Counted from the first letter of the stretch, positions 39,047-48,300 are shown. The stretch: DNA of 64,000 nt from a bacterium BMS3Abin15 (GCA_002923195.1 BDTH01000074.1:9081-73080); one strand, 5' to 3'. Notes: generated by a model from the sequence alone, not told the origin. Numbers and translations: made by a program.

Positions 39047-40450
39047 CTAACGAAAACGAGGCTGCTTTGAAAGAAGGCTGGGCCAACTTAGTGGCTCAAA
39101 AGGTTTGTCTCCCTGAAGTTGATCGAGGTTTTGGGAAAACTCGGATTCCTTCATTTCCTTTTGTCCAGAAATTCCTCGTTCTCTCACAGCGATGGCCTGA
39201 TTCTCGAGTTCCTTATCCCCAACCATACCAACAAATGGCACCCAATTGACTTCTGCCTCCCGTATTTTGTACCCAACAGTCTCCTTGCGATCATCGATTT
39301 CCACCCTTGCCCCTATCTTTGAGGCAATTTCCTGACAACGCAAAATATGTCTGTCGGCTACAGGTATCAAGCGAACCTGAGTAGGACATAGCCAGTATGG
39401 AAACTTGGCAACTTCTCCTTTTTGTATTCTCCTTGCCTGTAGCTCCAAAAGAGCATACAGATTGCGATCTATAGACCCGGAGATTGATGCATGGAGAAGT
39501 AGGGGGCGTTGCTGTTTGCCATCCTTGTCAACATAGTTAATATCGAACCTCTCTGCATTCTCAACATCGATTTGCACAGTGGAAAGAGCGGCCGCTTTCT
39601 TTTGCCCATCAATCACGTTAAATTCAAACTTAAGGACAAAATAAAAGAACCTTTCTTTCCATACCTCGAGCAATACTGGACGCCCGAAATCCTTAACGAT
39701 TTCCATAACAAAGTCGCGGTTTTTTTGAAAGAAATCATCAACAACTCTTATTGCCATAACATGGTTGAGTTCGAGATCGCTCATCCATCTCTTACAAAGA
39801 AGATATTGCTGATAAAATTCTTCCTTGGCTTGCTCCACATCAACACAAAGAGAATGCATATCGGGCATCGTAAATACCCTCAGACGCCTCAATCCAGCCA
39901 ATTCCCCCGCCTGCTCCCTGCGAAATGAATAATGGGTCAGTTCGTAAATCTTCACTGGTAAATGATGATAGCTAATCCCCATATCATGCATGATCAGATA
40001 CTGTCCAAAGCAAGCAGCAAAACGAAGAAAATACTTCTTATCTCCACTTAGCAAATAGTATTGCCTTGCCGGAAAGCGTTTCAGATAGCTTGCCAGTTGT
40101 GGATGTTTAAGATCATACATAACTGGACTTTCAACCTGTATGCCACCATAGTCCTTTACAATTTCAGAAGCATGTCTTTCCATAAGGCGCTTGATTAAGT
40201 GTCCCTTTGGCAACCAACGAAAATTGCCAGAATCAGCAGCTGGTTCATAATCAACCAACTCCATTTGTTGCATCATCTTCACATGAGCAGGCGCTTCCTT
40301 CACCTCCCTCGAGCCAGAGCTTTCGTACGAATAAAAAACCTTCAAATCTTCACTCCCTGCCCATTTGAATTTCTCTACCTTAATAATTGATCCATCGGGT
40401 GAAACAATCAACCACTCCGATTTTGGCTCTTCTTCTTGTTTTGCACCCAT
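39047..40450 (-). CDS. thrS: Archaeal-type threonine--tRNA ligase lacking the N-terminal editing domain
   Basis: DYEPAADSGN, LRFAACFGQ, YSFRREQAGEL.GLRRLRVFTMPDMH, LHASISGSIDR, WLCPTQVR and KIREA...GDKE...VR; GGAGG SD before ATG 40450 (ORF extends to 40588). Confidence 0.9.
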   Translation of the reverse strand: MGAKQEEEPKSEWLIVSPDGSIIKVEKFKWAGSEDLKVFYSYESSGSREVKEAPAHVKMMQQMELVDYEPAADSGNFRWLPKGHLIKRLMERHASEIVKDYGGIQVESPVMYDLKHPQLASYLKRFPARQYYLLSGDKKYFLRFAACFGQYLIMHDMGISYHHLPVKIYELTHYSFRREQAGELAGLRRLRVFTMPDMHSLCVDVEQAKEEFYQQYLLCKRWMSDLELNHVMAIRVVDDFFQKNRDFVMEIVKDFGRPVLLEVWKERFFYFVLKFEFNVIDGQKKAAALSTVQIDVENAERFDINYVDKDGKQQRPLLLHASISGSIDRNLYALLELQARRIQKGEVAKFPYWLCPTQVRLIPVADRHILRCQEIASKIGARVEIDDRKETVGYKIREAEVNWVPFVGMVGDKELENQAIAVRERGISGQKEMKESEFSQNLDQLQGDKPFEPLSWPSLLSKQPRFR

Positions 40451-40608
40451 CGCCCTTCCTCCTTTATTCGTTTTTAATGTGCTCTTCAAAGAATTATTCT
40501 TTGAAACATTATATTGTATATCAGAAACTTGTTTATTGTCAATTCTTTTATTTTTTTTCATATGCTTCCTTGAATAATTATTTAACACTTATTTTTATAC
40601 TTGTATAT

Positions 40609-41346
40609 TTATCTGAGGCTGTAACCGCCATCAACAACAAGTAATTCGCCGGTTATAAAACTTGCATCACTGGATGCCAAAAATAAGACGGCTTTTGCAA
40701 TTTCGTCAGGTTCAGCAGATCGCTTGAGTGGAGTTTGCTGTTCGAAGAATTTTATAACCCTCTTTCCAGCTTCTTTTGTCATGTCAGTCATTACATTGCC
40801 CGGAGCGACAGCGTTTATGCGAATATTAGGAGCCAACTCTTTTGCAAATGCCTTTGTCATTGTAATTATTCCTCCTTTTGCTGATGAATATGCCAATACG
40901 GATGCAGCGCCAAGAAAACCATATATGGATGAAATATTGACAATGGATCCACTTCCATTTCTTGTCATAATTGGCGAAACTTCTCTTATCATCAACCATG
41001 CACTGGTTAGATTAATATCCATAGTTGCATGCCAAATTTTTTCGCTTGATTTCCAATTGCCTTCTCTAAAAATAACCCCGGCATTATTCACAAGTATGTC
41101 AATCTTGCCAAATTTTTTTATTGTTTCAGACACAAGGTGCTTTACATCTTCTTCCTTAGAAACATCTGCCTGAATAAAAATAGCTTTGTTTTTTCCAATA
41201 GCATTTACAACTTTTTTTGCATCTTCTGTTTGATCTTTGCAATTAATAACAACCCTTGCACCCTCTTTAGCAAAAAGAATGGCCGTTGCTTTTCCTATGC
41301 CTCGTGATGATCCTGTAATAATTGCAACTTTATTTTTTAGTTTCAT
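40609..41346 (-). CDS. Short-chain dehydrogenase/reductase (FabG-like)
   Basis: TGSSRGIG, NNAG, YSSAK and VDGG. Confidence 0.93.
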   Translation of the reverse strand: MKLKNKVAIITGSSRGIGKATAILFAKEGARVVINCKDQTEDAKKVVNAIGKNKAIFIQADVSKEEDVKHLVSETIKKFGKIDILVNNAGVIFREGNWKSSEKIWHATMDINLTSAWLMIREVSPIMTRNGSGSIVNISSIYGFLGAASVLAYSSAKGGIITMTKAFAKELAPNIRINAVAPGNVMTDMTKEAGKRVIKFFEQQTPLKRSAEPDEIAKAVLFLASSDASFITGELLVVDGGYSLR

Positions 41347-41361
41347 AAATATAGGACTTTT

Positions 41362-41604
41362 TTATTTGATCAAATCATTAACGCTAACGCCCAATCCCTT
41401 GGCTATTTTTGAGTAGGCAAGAGTGGAAACAAATAAGAGGGGGATTGCTAAAACCAGTTGGAATATAGCAATACGACTGAGTTCGTCAGGGCCGTTGTTC
41501 CAGATAAAAGCGAAAATAAAAATCAAAACGCCCATCATTATAGAGCTGATGTGCACTTTGGAAATTGCTTTCTCCGGGCTGGTTTTAAAAATGTTTTTAG
41601 GCAT
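41362..41604 (-). pseudogene. Chimeric remnant: 5' half of the membrane gene fused to an XRE-HTH-like C-terminus
   Basis: First ~67 aa nearly identical to 34112-34588, then KIAKGLGVSVNDLIK, typical of the last helix of HTH_3 proteins. Confidence 0.7.
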
Positions 41605-41605
41605 A

Positions 41606-41736
41606 CCCTGTAGTAGAAATTCAAATGGGCTTTGCCCAAAATGAACTAATTATTTACTTAAAATTTATTTTTAATTAAAAACCCTGCCCCATGTACTCCC
41701 TTAATACTCCGTAACTTTTGAATTTTCACTACGGGG
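41606..41736. mobile_element. 131-bp miniature inverted-repeat element (CCCYG family) with a CATA target duplication
   Basis: CATA-CCCTGTAGTAGAAATTCAAA...TTTGAATTTTCACTACGGGG-CATA; absent from the paralogous site near 34586. Confidence 0.88.
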
Positions 41737-41797
41737 CATATTACTTTTTTAAATTCTACCATAAAACAAAAATAACCCTAAATGGGTTATTTTTTTG

Positions 41798-41868
41798 TCG
41801 GGGCACTGAGAATCGAACTCAGCCTACATGGTCCCAAACCAAGCGTACTACCAATATACGATGCCCCG
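41798..41868 (-). tRNA. tRNA-Pro(TGG)
   Basis: CGGGGCA/TGCCCCG acceptor, A73, CTTGG-TTTGGGA-CCATG anticodon arm and CTGAG-TTCGATT-CTCAG T arm. Confidence 0.93.
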
Positions 41869-41893
41869 CCTACGCTATGCTTCGGCGGGCAAG
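41865..41893 (-). repeat. CTTGCC...AGGCGGG hairpin element overlapping the tRNA-Pro 5' end
   Basis: Minus strand reads CGGG-CTTGCCCGCCGAAGCATAGCGTAGG-CGGG (tRNA nt 1-4). Confidence 0.7.
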
Positions 41894-41996
41894 CCCGTTT
41901 CCACATAACAAATATGCTTATAAATAATATCCTCAAATAAAACTTTAGTCAATTAGCAGAATGACAAAACCCTGCCCCAGAAAGCAGGATTTTCTA

Positions 41997-42044
41997 GACA
42001 CCCGATGTTCTGACGACCATAGCTACCAAAAGACATCGGATGTC
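41997..42044. repeat. REP-like inverted repeat
   Basis: GACACCCGATGT...ACATCGGATGTC; the right arm GACATCGGATGTC is itself near-palindromic. Confidence 0.55.
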
Positions 42045-42067
42045 GTTAAGTGCGTAAGCTCTAATTA

Positions 42068-42103
42068 GTTTGCGGCATTCGTATGAAATTCGCATTGTTC
42101 GCA
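42068..42103. repeat. Solo 4x RTTYGYR array (one arm)
   Basis: GTTTGCG 42068, ATTCGTA 42077, ATTCGCA 42088, GTTCGCA 42097; closely matches 44311-44345. Confidence 0.65.
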
Positions 42104-42108
42104 TCGCC

Positions 42109-42390
42109 TTATCTAACAGCTTCCTTAAGAGTTTTTCCGGCAGTAAATTTAGGAACAGACATTTCCGGAATTTGAATGCTTTCTTTGGTCTGGGGATTAA
42201 TTCCTTTACGAGCAGCCCTTTTAGAAACTCTAAAAGTTCCAAATCCTGTTATAGTCACCTTATTTCCGTTGCGAACTTCTTCTGTAATCCTGTCGGTTAA
42301 AGAATCTATAACAGCTTCAATGTCCTTTTTAGACAATTCCATTCCGGACGAAATTGAATCGACTAAAGCATCTTTGTTGATATTGGCCAT
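42109..42390 (-). CDS. hup: DNA-binding protein HU
   Basis: GFGTF, RAARKGINPQT and PKFTAGKTLK. Confidence 0.95.
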   Translation of the reverse strand: MANINKDALVDSISSGMELSKKDIEAVIDSLTDRITEEVRNGNKVTITGFGTFRVSKRAARKGINPQTKESIQIPEMSVPKFTAGKTLKEAVR

Positions 42391-42433
42391 AAAACACCTG
42401 CCTTCCTAGATTAGTTTTATTTTTTTATATTAT

Positions 42434-43966
42434 TTACCGGGCAAATTCAATAGCTCTTGTTTCTCTTAATACATTCACTTTTATCTCTCCCGGATATTTT
42501 AATTCCTGTTCAATTTTATCTGCAATTTGGCGTGATAATTTCATTGCCCCCAAATCATCTAGCTTTTCTGGTTTTACGAAAACCCTGATTTCTCTTCCAG
42601 CTTGAATAGCATAGGATTTTTCCACTTCTTCAAAAGAATTGGCTACTGCTTCCAGCTCTTCCAATCGCTTGAGGTAATTTTCTAGTGTATCTTTTCTGGC
42701 GCCTGGCCGACTGGCAGAAATTGCGTCGGCTGCCGCTATTATAAAAGATTCCTGGGTATCAAACGGGTATTCTTCATGATGAGGCTTGAGCGCATTGATA
42801 ACTTTCTCATCAATATTAAATTTATCCAAAATTTTTACTCCAATATCCACATGACTTCCTTGAATTTCATGATCAACTGCTTTTCCAATATCATGAAATA
42901 ATCCAGCTTCTTTAGCTACCTTAACATCCGCTCCCAATTCCGCAGCCAACGCTCCGGACAGATGAGCAACTTCTAAAGAATGGATGAGGACATTTTGTCC
43001 ATAACTGGTTCGGTATCTCAACCGTCCTAGAATATGAACTAATTTAGGTTCAATCCCCGCCACTCCTACATCGTAAGCCGCTGCTTCTCCGGCCTCTTTA
43101 ATTTTATTGTCAACTTCATTCTTGGCAAATTCCACTGATTCTTCAATTCGGGTAGGATGAATCCTTCCATCTCCTATTAATTTCTCCAATGCAATCTTAG
43201 CTATTTCCCTCCTTACCGGATCGAAGCCAGAAATAACCACTGCCTCAGGAGTATCATCAACAATAATTTCCACTCCGGTCAATTTTTCTAAAACTTTAAT
43301 GTTTCTTCCTTCCCGTCCGATAATTCTTCCTTTGACCTCGTCAGAAGGAAGAGTAAGCGTAGAGGTGGTAATCTCAGCCGCATGAGATCCAGCATATTTT
43401 TGAATAACTTGAGTCATTATATTACGAGCCTTTTTTTCTAATTCTTCTGATCCTTCTTTCTCTAGCTTAGCGATTCTATTAGCTATAAGATCCCTGTTTT
43501 CTTCTTCGGTCAACTGAAGAAGAACTTTTTTGGCCTGTTCTTTTGAAAATCCGGCGATTTTTTCTAGACGTCCGAGTTCCTTTTTTCTAGCTTCTTCTGT
43601 TTCCTGGCGGATAGTTTTGACTTCTTGAGCTTTCTGTTCCAGGATATTCTTTCCTCTTTCCAATTCATCCATCTTTTTATCTAGGGATTCCTCTTTTTTT
43701 TCTAAGCGCTGTCCTGCTTTAAAAATGTGATCTTCTCTTTCCTTTTCCTTGTTTTTAGCTTCTTCCAAAATTTCCACCGCCTTGTTTTTGGCATCAAGAG
43801 TAATCTCCTGAGATTTTTTCTCAGATTCTTCAATCATTTTATTTATTTTTCCCTCAGCTGTAGAAAGTTGTTTTTTAGCAATGCTCTGCCGGGCAAGATA
43901 TCCCAGTACTGATCCTATCGCTAAAGTTAGAAAAGATACTGCTAAAAGTGTTGCATTTATTTCCAT
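42434..43966 (-). CDS. rny: Ribonuclease Y
   Basis: N-terminal TM helix, coiled coil, KH domain KGRIIGREGRNI and HD domain HDIGK. Confidence 0.96.
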   Translation of the reverse strand: MEINATLLAVSFLTLAIGSVLGYLARQSIAKKQLSTAEGKINKMIEESEKKSQEITLDAKNKAVEILEEAKNKEKEREDHIFKAGQRLEKKEESLDKKMDELERGKNILEQKAQEVKTIRQETEEARKKELGRLEKIAGFSKEQAKKVLLQLTEEENRDLIANRIAKLEKEGSEELEKKARNIMTQVIQKYAGSHAAEITTSTLTLPSDEVKGRIIGREGRNIKVLEKLTGVEIIVDDTPEAVVISGFDPVRREIAKIALEKLIGDGRIHPTRIEESVEFAKNEVDNKIKEAGEAAAYDVGVAGIEPKLVHILGRLRYRTSYGQNVLIHSLEVAHLSGALAAELGADVKVAKEAGLFHDIGKAVDHEIQGSHVDIGVKILDKFNIDEKVINALKPHHEEYPFDTQESFIIAAADAISASRPGARKDTLENYLKRLEELEAVANSFEEVEKSYAIQAGREIRVFVKPEKLDDLGAMKLSRQIADKIEQELKYPGEIKVNVLRETRAIEFAR

Positions 43967-44260
43967 ATTTTTTACTGTCATTCAATCGGCAAATTATAGC
44001 TTCATTTTTCGAAACGCAAAAAACGGCCATATTTATTCGGCTCGCGTTGAGCTTGATTTTCATGCTATTTTCCATGTCTTTATTCCAAAAATGATGCTGC
44101 AGGCACTATACGTCGCTAATGTTCTGCAGAGAGCACTGCTATTCTAAAATGTGCTCTGATTTACCAGATTGAAGATAAAATGAATATTTATTATTACAGG
44201 TGTAATAATATAACATCAATACTTTTTTGTCAAAGGATGATAAAAATGATAGAATTAGGC

Positions 44261-44351
44261 AGCGATACGAACAATACAAACTTCCATACGAATGATACGA
44301 ATACAAATCTATTCGCGGCATTCGTATGTAATTCGTAAATTAGTATCGCTT
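44261..44351. repeat. Gene-less mirror-array element
   Basis: AGCGATAC...GTATCGCT termini; TACRAAY at 44266, 44275, 44287 and 44296 facing ATTCGYR-like units at 44311, 44320, 44331 and 44339. Confidence 0.75.
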
Positions 44352-44352
44352 T

Positions 44353-45921
44353 ATGTATAAGCCAGTTGTATTGGTTATATTAGATGGCTGGGGAATAAGC
44401 AAGAACAGCCAGGGCAATATTATCAAAAGGGCCAAGCTCCCAACTATTGATAAATTCAATAAATTCTACCCGATGACCACCCTTCAGGCATCCGGAATAT
44501 CTGTCGGCATTCCTTGGGGGGAAAACGGAAACAGCGAAGTGGGGCACACGGTCATAGGAGCAGGAAGAATAATTTATCAGAATCTTCCCCGCATTACTCT
44601 GTCTATTCAAGATGGCACTTTTTTTAATAACGAAGCTTTACTTTCCGCAGTTGAAAACGTCAAGAAAAACAATAGCAATCTTCATCTTATGGGACTTCTC
44701 AGTGAAGGATCTGTCCATTCTTACACAGCTCATTTACATGCTCTCCTGGAGCTTGCCAAGAAACATGGAATAGAAAATGTTTTTATCCACGTATTTACTG
44801 ATGGCAGAGACTCTTCCCCTGTGGGCGGCACAAAGGCCATCAAGGATCTTCAAAAAAAATTAAAAGAGTTTCAAGTGGGAAAGATTGCTACTCTTTGTGG
44901 AAGAAACTGGGCTATGGACAGAAAGAATGATTGGAAAAACATTGAAAAAGCTTATAGATTATTGACTGAAGGCGTAGGAGAAAAAATCCAGGATCCTATT
45001 AAGTATCTTCAAGAATCTTATTCTCATGAAATTACTGATGAACATATCGAACCGGCTATTATTATGGAAAATGATAATCCCATTGGCATAATTAAAAATA
45101 ATGATTCTGTTATATTCTTCAACTTTCGTGAGGATCGAGCCAGAGAATTAACTAAGGCGTTTGTACTTCCTGGATTTGGAAAATTTAAAAGGGAAAAACG
45201 GCTTAAATTGGAATTCGTGACTATGACAGAGTATGAAAAGGACCTTCCGGTTCCTGTTGCCTTTCCTCCTTTGGAAATAAACAATGGCTTGGGGGAAATA
45301 TTAAGTAACAATAAAAAAAAGCAGTTCAGAATTGCGGAAACAGAAAAGCATGCTCATGTCACTTACTTTTTTAATGGGGGAAGGGAAAAGCCATGGGATG
45401 GAGAAGATCGTGTCTTGGTTCCCTCCCCGGCTGTTTCTAAATATGATCAAACTCCGGAGATGAGCGCAGACAAGGTTACCGACCAGTCAATTGATGCAAT
45501 ACGCTCGGGTAAATACGATTTTATTTTAATAAATTATGCCAATGCTGACATGGTGGGACATACTGGAAATGAAAAAGCCTGCATAGAAGCTGTCGAAATA
45601 ATAGATGCTAGTTTAGCTGCCCTGATTCCGGAAATATTGAAAGCTAAAGGCTGCCTAATTGTTACCTCTGACCACGGAAATGTAGAAGAAATAAAAAACC
45701 CCTACACTGGGGAAATTGATACCGAACATTCTTCTAATCCGGTTCCTCTTTGGTTTATAACAGCTGACAACCATCGCAATAAAACTTCAGAAGAAATGAT
45801 TAGGAGCCAGAATGAAGTAGGGGGATTATTAAGTGATATTGCACCAACCATTCTTGATATAATGGCTATCGAACCCCCCCAGGATATGAACGGGAGTAGC
45901 CTGATGCCAATGCTGGAATAG
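44353..45921 (+). CDS. gpmI: 2,3-bisphosphoglycerate-independent phosphoglycerate mutase
   Basis: LDGWG, GNSEVGH, FNFREDRAR, AETEK, DMVGHTG and DHGN. Confidence 0.96.
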   Translation: MYKPVVLVILDGWGISKNSQGNIIKRAKLPTIDKFNKFYPMTTLQASGISVGIPWGENGNSEVGHTVIGAGRIIYQNLPRITLSIQDGTFFNNEALLSAVENVKKNNSNLHLMGLLSEGSVHSYTAHLHALLELAKKHGIENVFIHVFTDGRDSSPVGGTKAIKDLQKKLKEFQVGKIATLCGRNWAMDRKNDWKNIEKAYRLLTEGVGEKIQDPIKYLQESYSHEITDEHIEPAIIMENDNPIGIIKNNDSVIFFNFREDRARELTKAFVLPGFGKFKREKRLKLEFVTMTEYEKDLPVPVAFPPLEINNGLGEILSNNKKKQFRIAETEKHAHVTYFFNGGREKPWDGEDRVLVPSPAVSKYDQTPEMSADKVTDQSIDAIRSGKYDFILINYANADMVGHTGNEKACIEAVEIIDASLAALIPEILKAKGCLIVTSDHGNVEEIKNPYTGEIDTEHSSNPVPLWFITADNHRNKTSEEMIRSQNEVGGLLSDIAPTILDIMAIEPPQDMNGSSLMPMLE

Positions 45922-45950
45922 GACATATAAATTTTTACAAAAAATACTTC

Positions 45951-46547
45951 CTACTTAATAATCTTATCTACTATACTATAATTTTTGGCCTCCTCAGCAC
46001 TCATAAAATAATCTCTTTCTGTATCCTTTTCTACTTTACCTAATTTTTGGCCCGAATGCTTGGCCATTATTTTATTTAATCTTTCTTTAACTTTAATGAT
46101 ATGTTTTGCATGAATATCAATATCTGTTGCCTGACCCTGAGCGCTGCCCATAACTTGATGGATCATTACTTCTCCATTAGGAAGGATGAGTCTTTTCCCC
46201 TTTTTCCCCGCTGCCAAAAGCAGCGCTGCGCCGGAAGCCGCTAATCCTACACAAATAGTCTGAACATCCGGCTTAACATATTGCATAGTATCGTAAATTG
46301 CTAACGCTGACGTCACCACTCCACCGGGAGAATTGATATAAATTTTGATATCTTCTTTGAGATTCTGTGATTCCAGAAAGAGAAGCTGGGCAATAACCGA
46401 ATTGGCAATGTTATCGTCAATAGGACCGCCAATAAAAATTATGCGATCTTTTAAAAGACGGGAATAAATGTCGTATGCCCTTTCACCATAACTAGTTTTC
46501 TCAATTACGGTGGGAATTAAAAATTGGCTGGTAGTTTTACTATTCAT
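45951..46547 (-). CDS. clpP: ATP-dependent Clp protease proteolytic subunit
   Basis: [27 protein letters not shown] and ERD triad. Confidence 0.96.
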   Translation of the reverse strand: MNSKTTSQFLIPTVIEKTSYGERAYDIYSRLLKDRIIFIGGPIDDNIANSVIAQLLFLESQNLKEDIKIYINSPGGVVTSALAIYDTMQYVKPDVQTICVGLAASGAALLLAAGKKGKRLILPNGEVMIHQVMGSAQGQATDIDIHAKHIIKVKERLNKIMAKHSGQKLGKVEKDTERDYFMSAEEAKNYSIVDKIIK

Positions 46548-46565
46548 AATATTAGAATTTGAAAC

Positions 46566-47855
46566 TTATAACCTCTCAAGATATCTAAATACTTCCTCAT
46601 TAGTAAGTATTCCTTTCACGTAATTATACAATCTGGCTGTATCAACATTCTTTTCTAAATCTTTTACATTCTTATACTGCTGAAGGGTCTTGTTCATCTC
46701 TTCTTCAATCTTATCACTAGAAGCTTTAATGTCCAATTCTTTGGCAATTTTTTCAAGTGCCATAGATGATTTTATTCTTTTTTCTGCTTGAGGAATCCAT
46801 TCCTTCTCAAGATCTTCCCGAGTTTTTTTCATTTTTTCTAAATAACCATCAATATCCATCCCCATGCCCTGAAGCTGCATTCCAAACTCTTCAACCATTT
46901 TATGCAATTCTGAGTGTATCAAGACTTCTGGAACATCAACTTTCATTGCCTCAATTAGTTTTTCTATAAATTCAGTCCGTTTTTGTTCTTTTTGCTTCTC
47001 TTCCTTTCCCTTGAGTAATCCGTCTTTAACACTATCCTTTAACTCCTCCAGATCTTTGAATTTACCTAGCGACTTGGCAAAGTCGTCATTAATTTCGGGA
47101 GTCTGCCTTTCCTGGACTAAATTTACTTTTACCTTGAATTCAGCAGGCTTACCAGCTAAATTCTTATCGTGGTACTTGTCGGGAAATTGAATCTCGAATT
47201 CTTTTTCTTCTTTTTCTTTCATTCCAATAATATTTTCCTCAAACCCGGGAATAAAAGCATTGGAACCCAAAACTAGTGGATGGTTTTTGCTAGATCCGTT
47301 CTCAATAGGAACGTTGTTTCGACTGACCTGGAAATCAATTTCTGCGCTGTCTCCCTTTTTGGCTTCACGATTAACGGTAACTAACTTAACACGACTGTTA
47401 GCTAATTTTTTTAACTCATTATCCATTTCCTCATTAGAAATTTCCGTTTTCTTGCTCTTATAATCTTTATTAATTTTTTCAATGTCTTTTTTCCATGGCG
47501 TCATTGTTATCTCCGGCATTACGGCAGTATTGGCTTTATATTCTAAATCGTTTCCTTCAGCCAATTTTAATATTTCTATCCTGGGAGATCCCATAGCATC
47601 TATTTTTTCTTTAGAAATGGCATCCTTATATGTCTTATTGATTGTCTCTTTGGCAGCCGCATCTAAGATAGTGTTCTTGCCGACTTTTTTCTCTATCATA
47701 CCTCTAGGAGCTTTTCCAGGACGAAATCCTTTTATTTTAATGTCCTTGGAAATTTTCGAAACTGCTTTACCAATAAAATCCTTCCATTCTTTCCAGGGAA
47801 CGGTAATTTTAATTTCCAATTCTGATTTTGGAAGTTTTTTAGTTTCAATATTCAT
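46566..47855 (-). CDS. tig: Trigger factor
   Basis: GFRPGKAP and FIPGFEE; lies upstream of clpP. Confidence 0.95.
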   Translation of the reverse strand: MNIETKKLPKSELEIKITVPWKEWKDFIGKAVSKISKDIKIKGFRPGKAPRGMIEKKVGKNTILDAAAKETINKTYKDAISKEKIDAMGSPRIEILKLAEGNDLEYKANTAVMPEITMTPWKKDIEKINKDYKSKKTEISNEEMDNELKKLANSRVKLVTVNREAKKGDSAEIDFQVSRNNVPIENGSSKNHPLVLGSNAFIPGFEENIIGMKEKEEKEFEIQFPDKYHDKNLAGKPAEFKVKVNLVQERQTPEINDDFAKSLGKFKDLEELKDSVKDGLLKGKEEKQKEQKRTEFIEKLIEAMKVDVPEVLIHSELHKMVEEFGMQLQGMGMDIDGYLEKMKKTREDLEKEWIPQAEKRIKSSMALEKIAKELDIKASSDKIEEEMNKTLQQYKNVKDLEKNVDTARLYNYVKGILTNEEVFRYLERL

Positions 47856-47864
47856 ATAATTTTC

Positions 47865-47898
47865 TACAAATTACAAATCTTGTTACAAATTTACAAAT
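47865..47898. repeat. 4x TACAAAT array (left arm)
   Basis: Units at 47865, 47872, 47884 and 47892. Confidence 0.8.
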
Positions 47899-48296
47899 TA
47901 TTTTTCTATATTTAACAAACGCATAAATTTTATACCATCAGAAGTAAAATTTGCAAGTATCGCTAATTTTAATCCCGTAGCTTTCAAGTATCCATTCACT
48001 TGATTGATATTTCTTTTAATAAAATAATTCCCTTTTTTAATTTCAAGAATAATCTTATCTTCGATTAAAAAGTCTAGAAAATATCTCCCGATTTCTTCTT
48101 TTTTGAATTTTATTTTAAATGGAACCTGCTTTTTAAATTTAATCTCTTTCTCTGTAAATGCTTTTTCTATTGCTTTACAATAATGTTTTTCCTGATAACC
48201 ATAATCCAGTTCGTTAAAAACATCAAACAACGATCCAACAATTCTATAGCTCAGTTGTTTATAGACTACCTTGTTATCAGTTTGTTTTTTCTTCAC
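47898..48296 (-). CDS. GxxExxY family protein
   Basis: VFNELDYGYQEKHY, LDFLIEDKIILEIK, QVNGYL and LAILANF. Confidence 0.88.
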   Translation of the reverse strand: MKKKQTDNKVVYKQLSYRIVGSLFDVFNELDYGYQEKHYCKAIEKAFTEKEIKFKKQVPFKIKFKKEEIGRYFLDFLIEDKIILEIKKGNYFIKRNINQVNGYLKATGLKLAILANFTSDGIKFMRLLNIEK

Positions 48297-48300
48297 CTTT

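Larger units (their letters stand above)
34649..41403 (-). mobile_element. Genomic island downstream of tRNA-Pro (no intact integrase seen)
   Basis: Bounded by direct repeats, adjacent to a tRNA 3' end, co-oriented cargo including archaeal-type ThrRS genes. Confidence 0.65.

Noticed and set aside
40451-40588. N-terminal extension of ThrRS as an editing domain
   Set aside because: Only 46 low-complexity Lys/Asn-rich codons upstream of a strong SD and ATG at 40450; likely untranslated.
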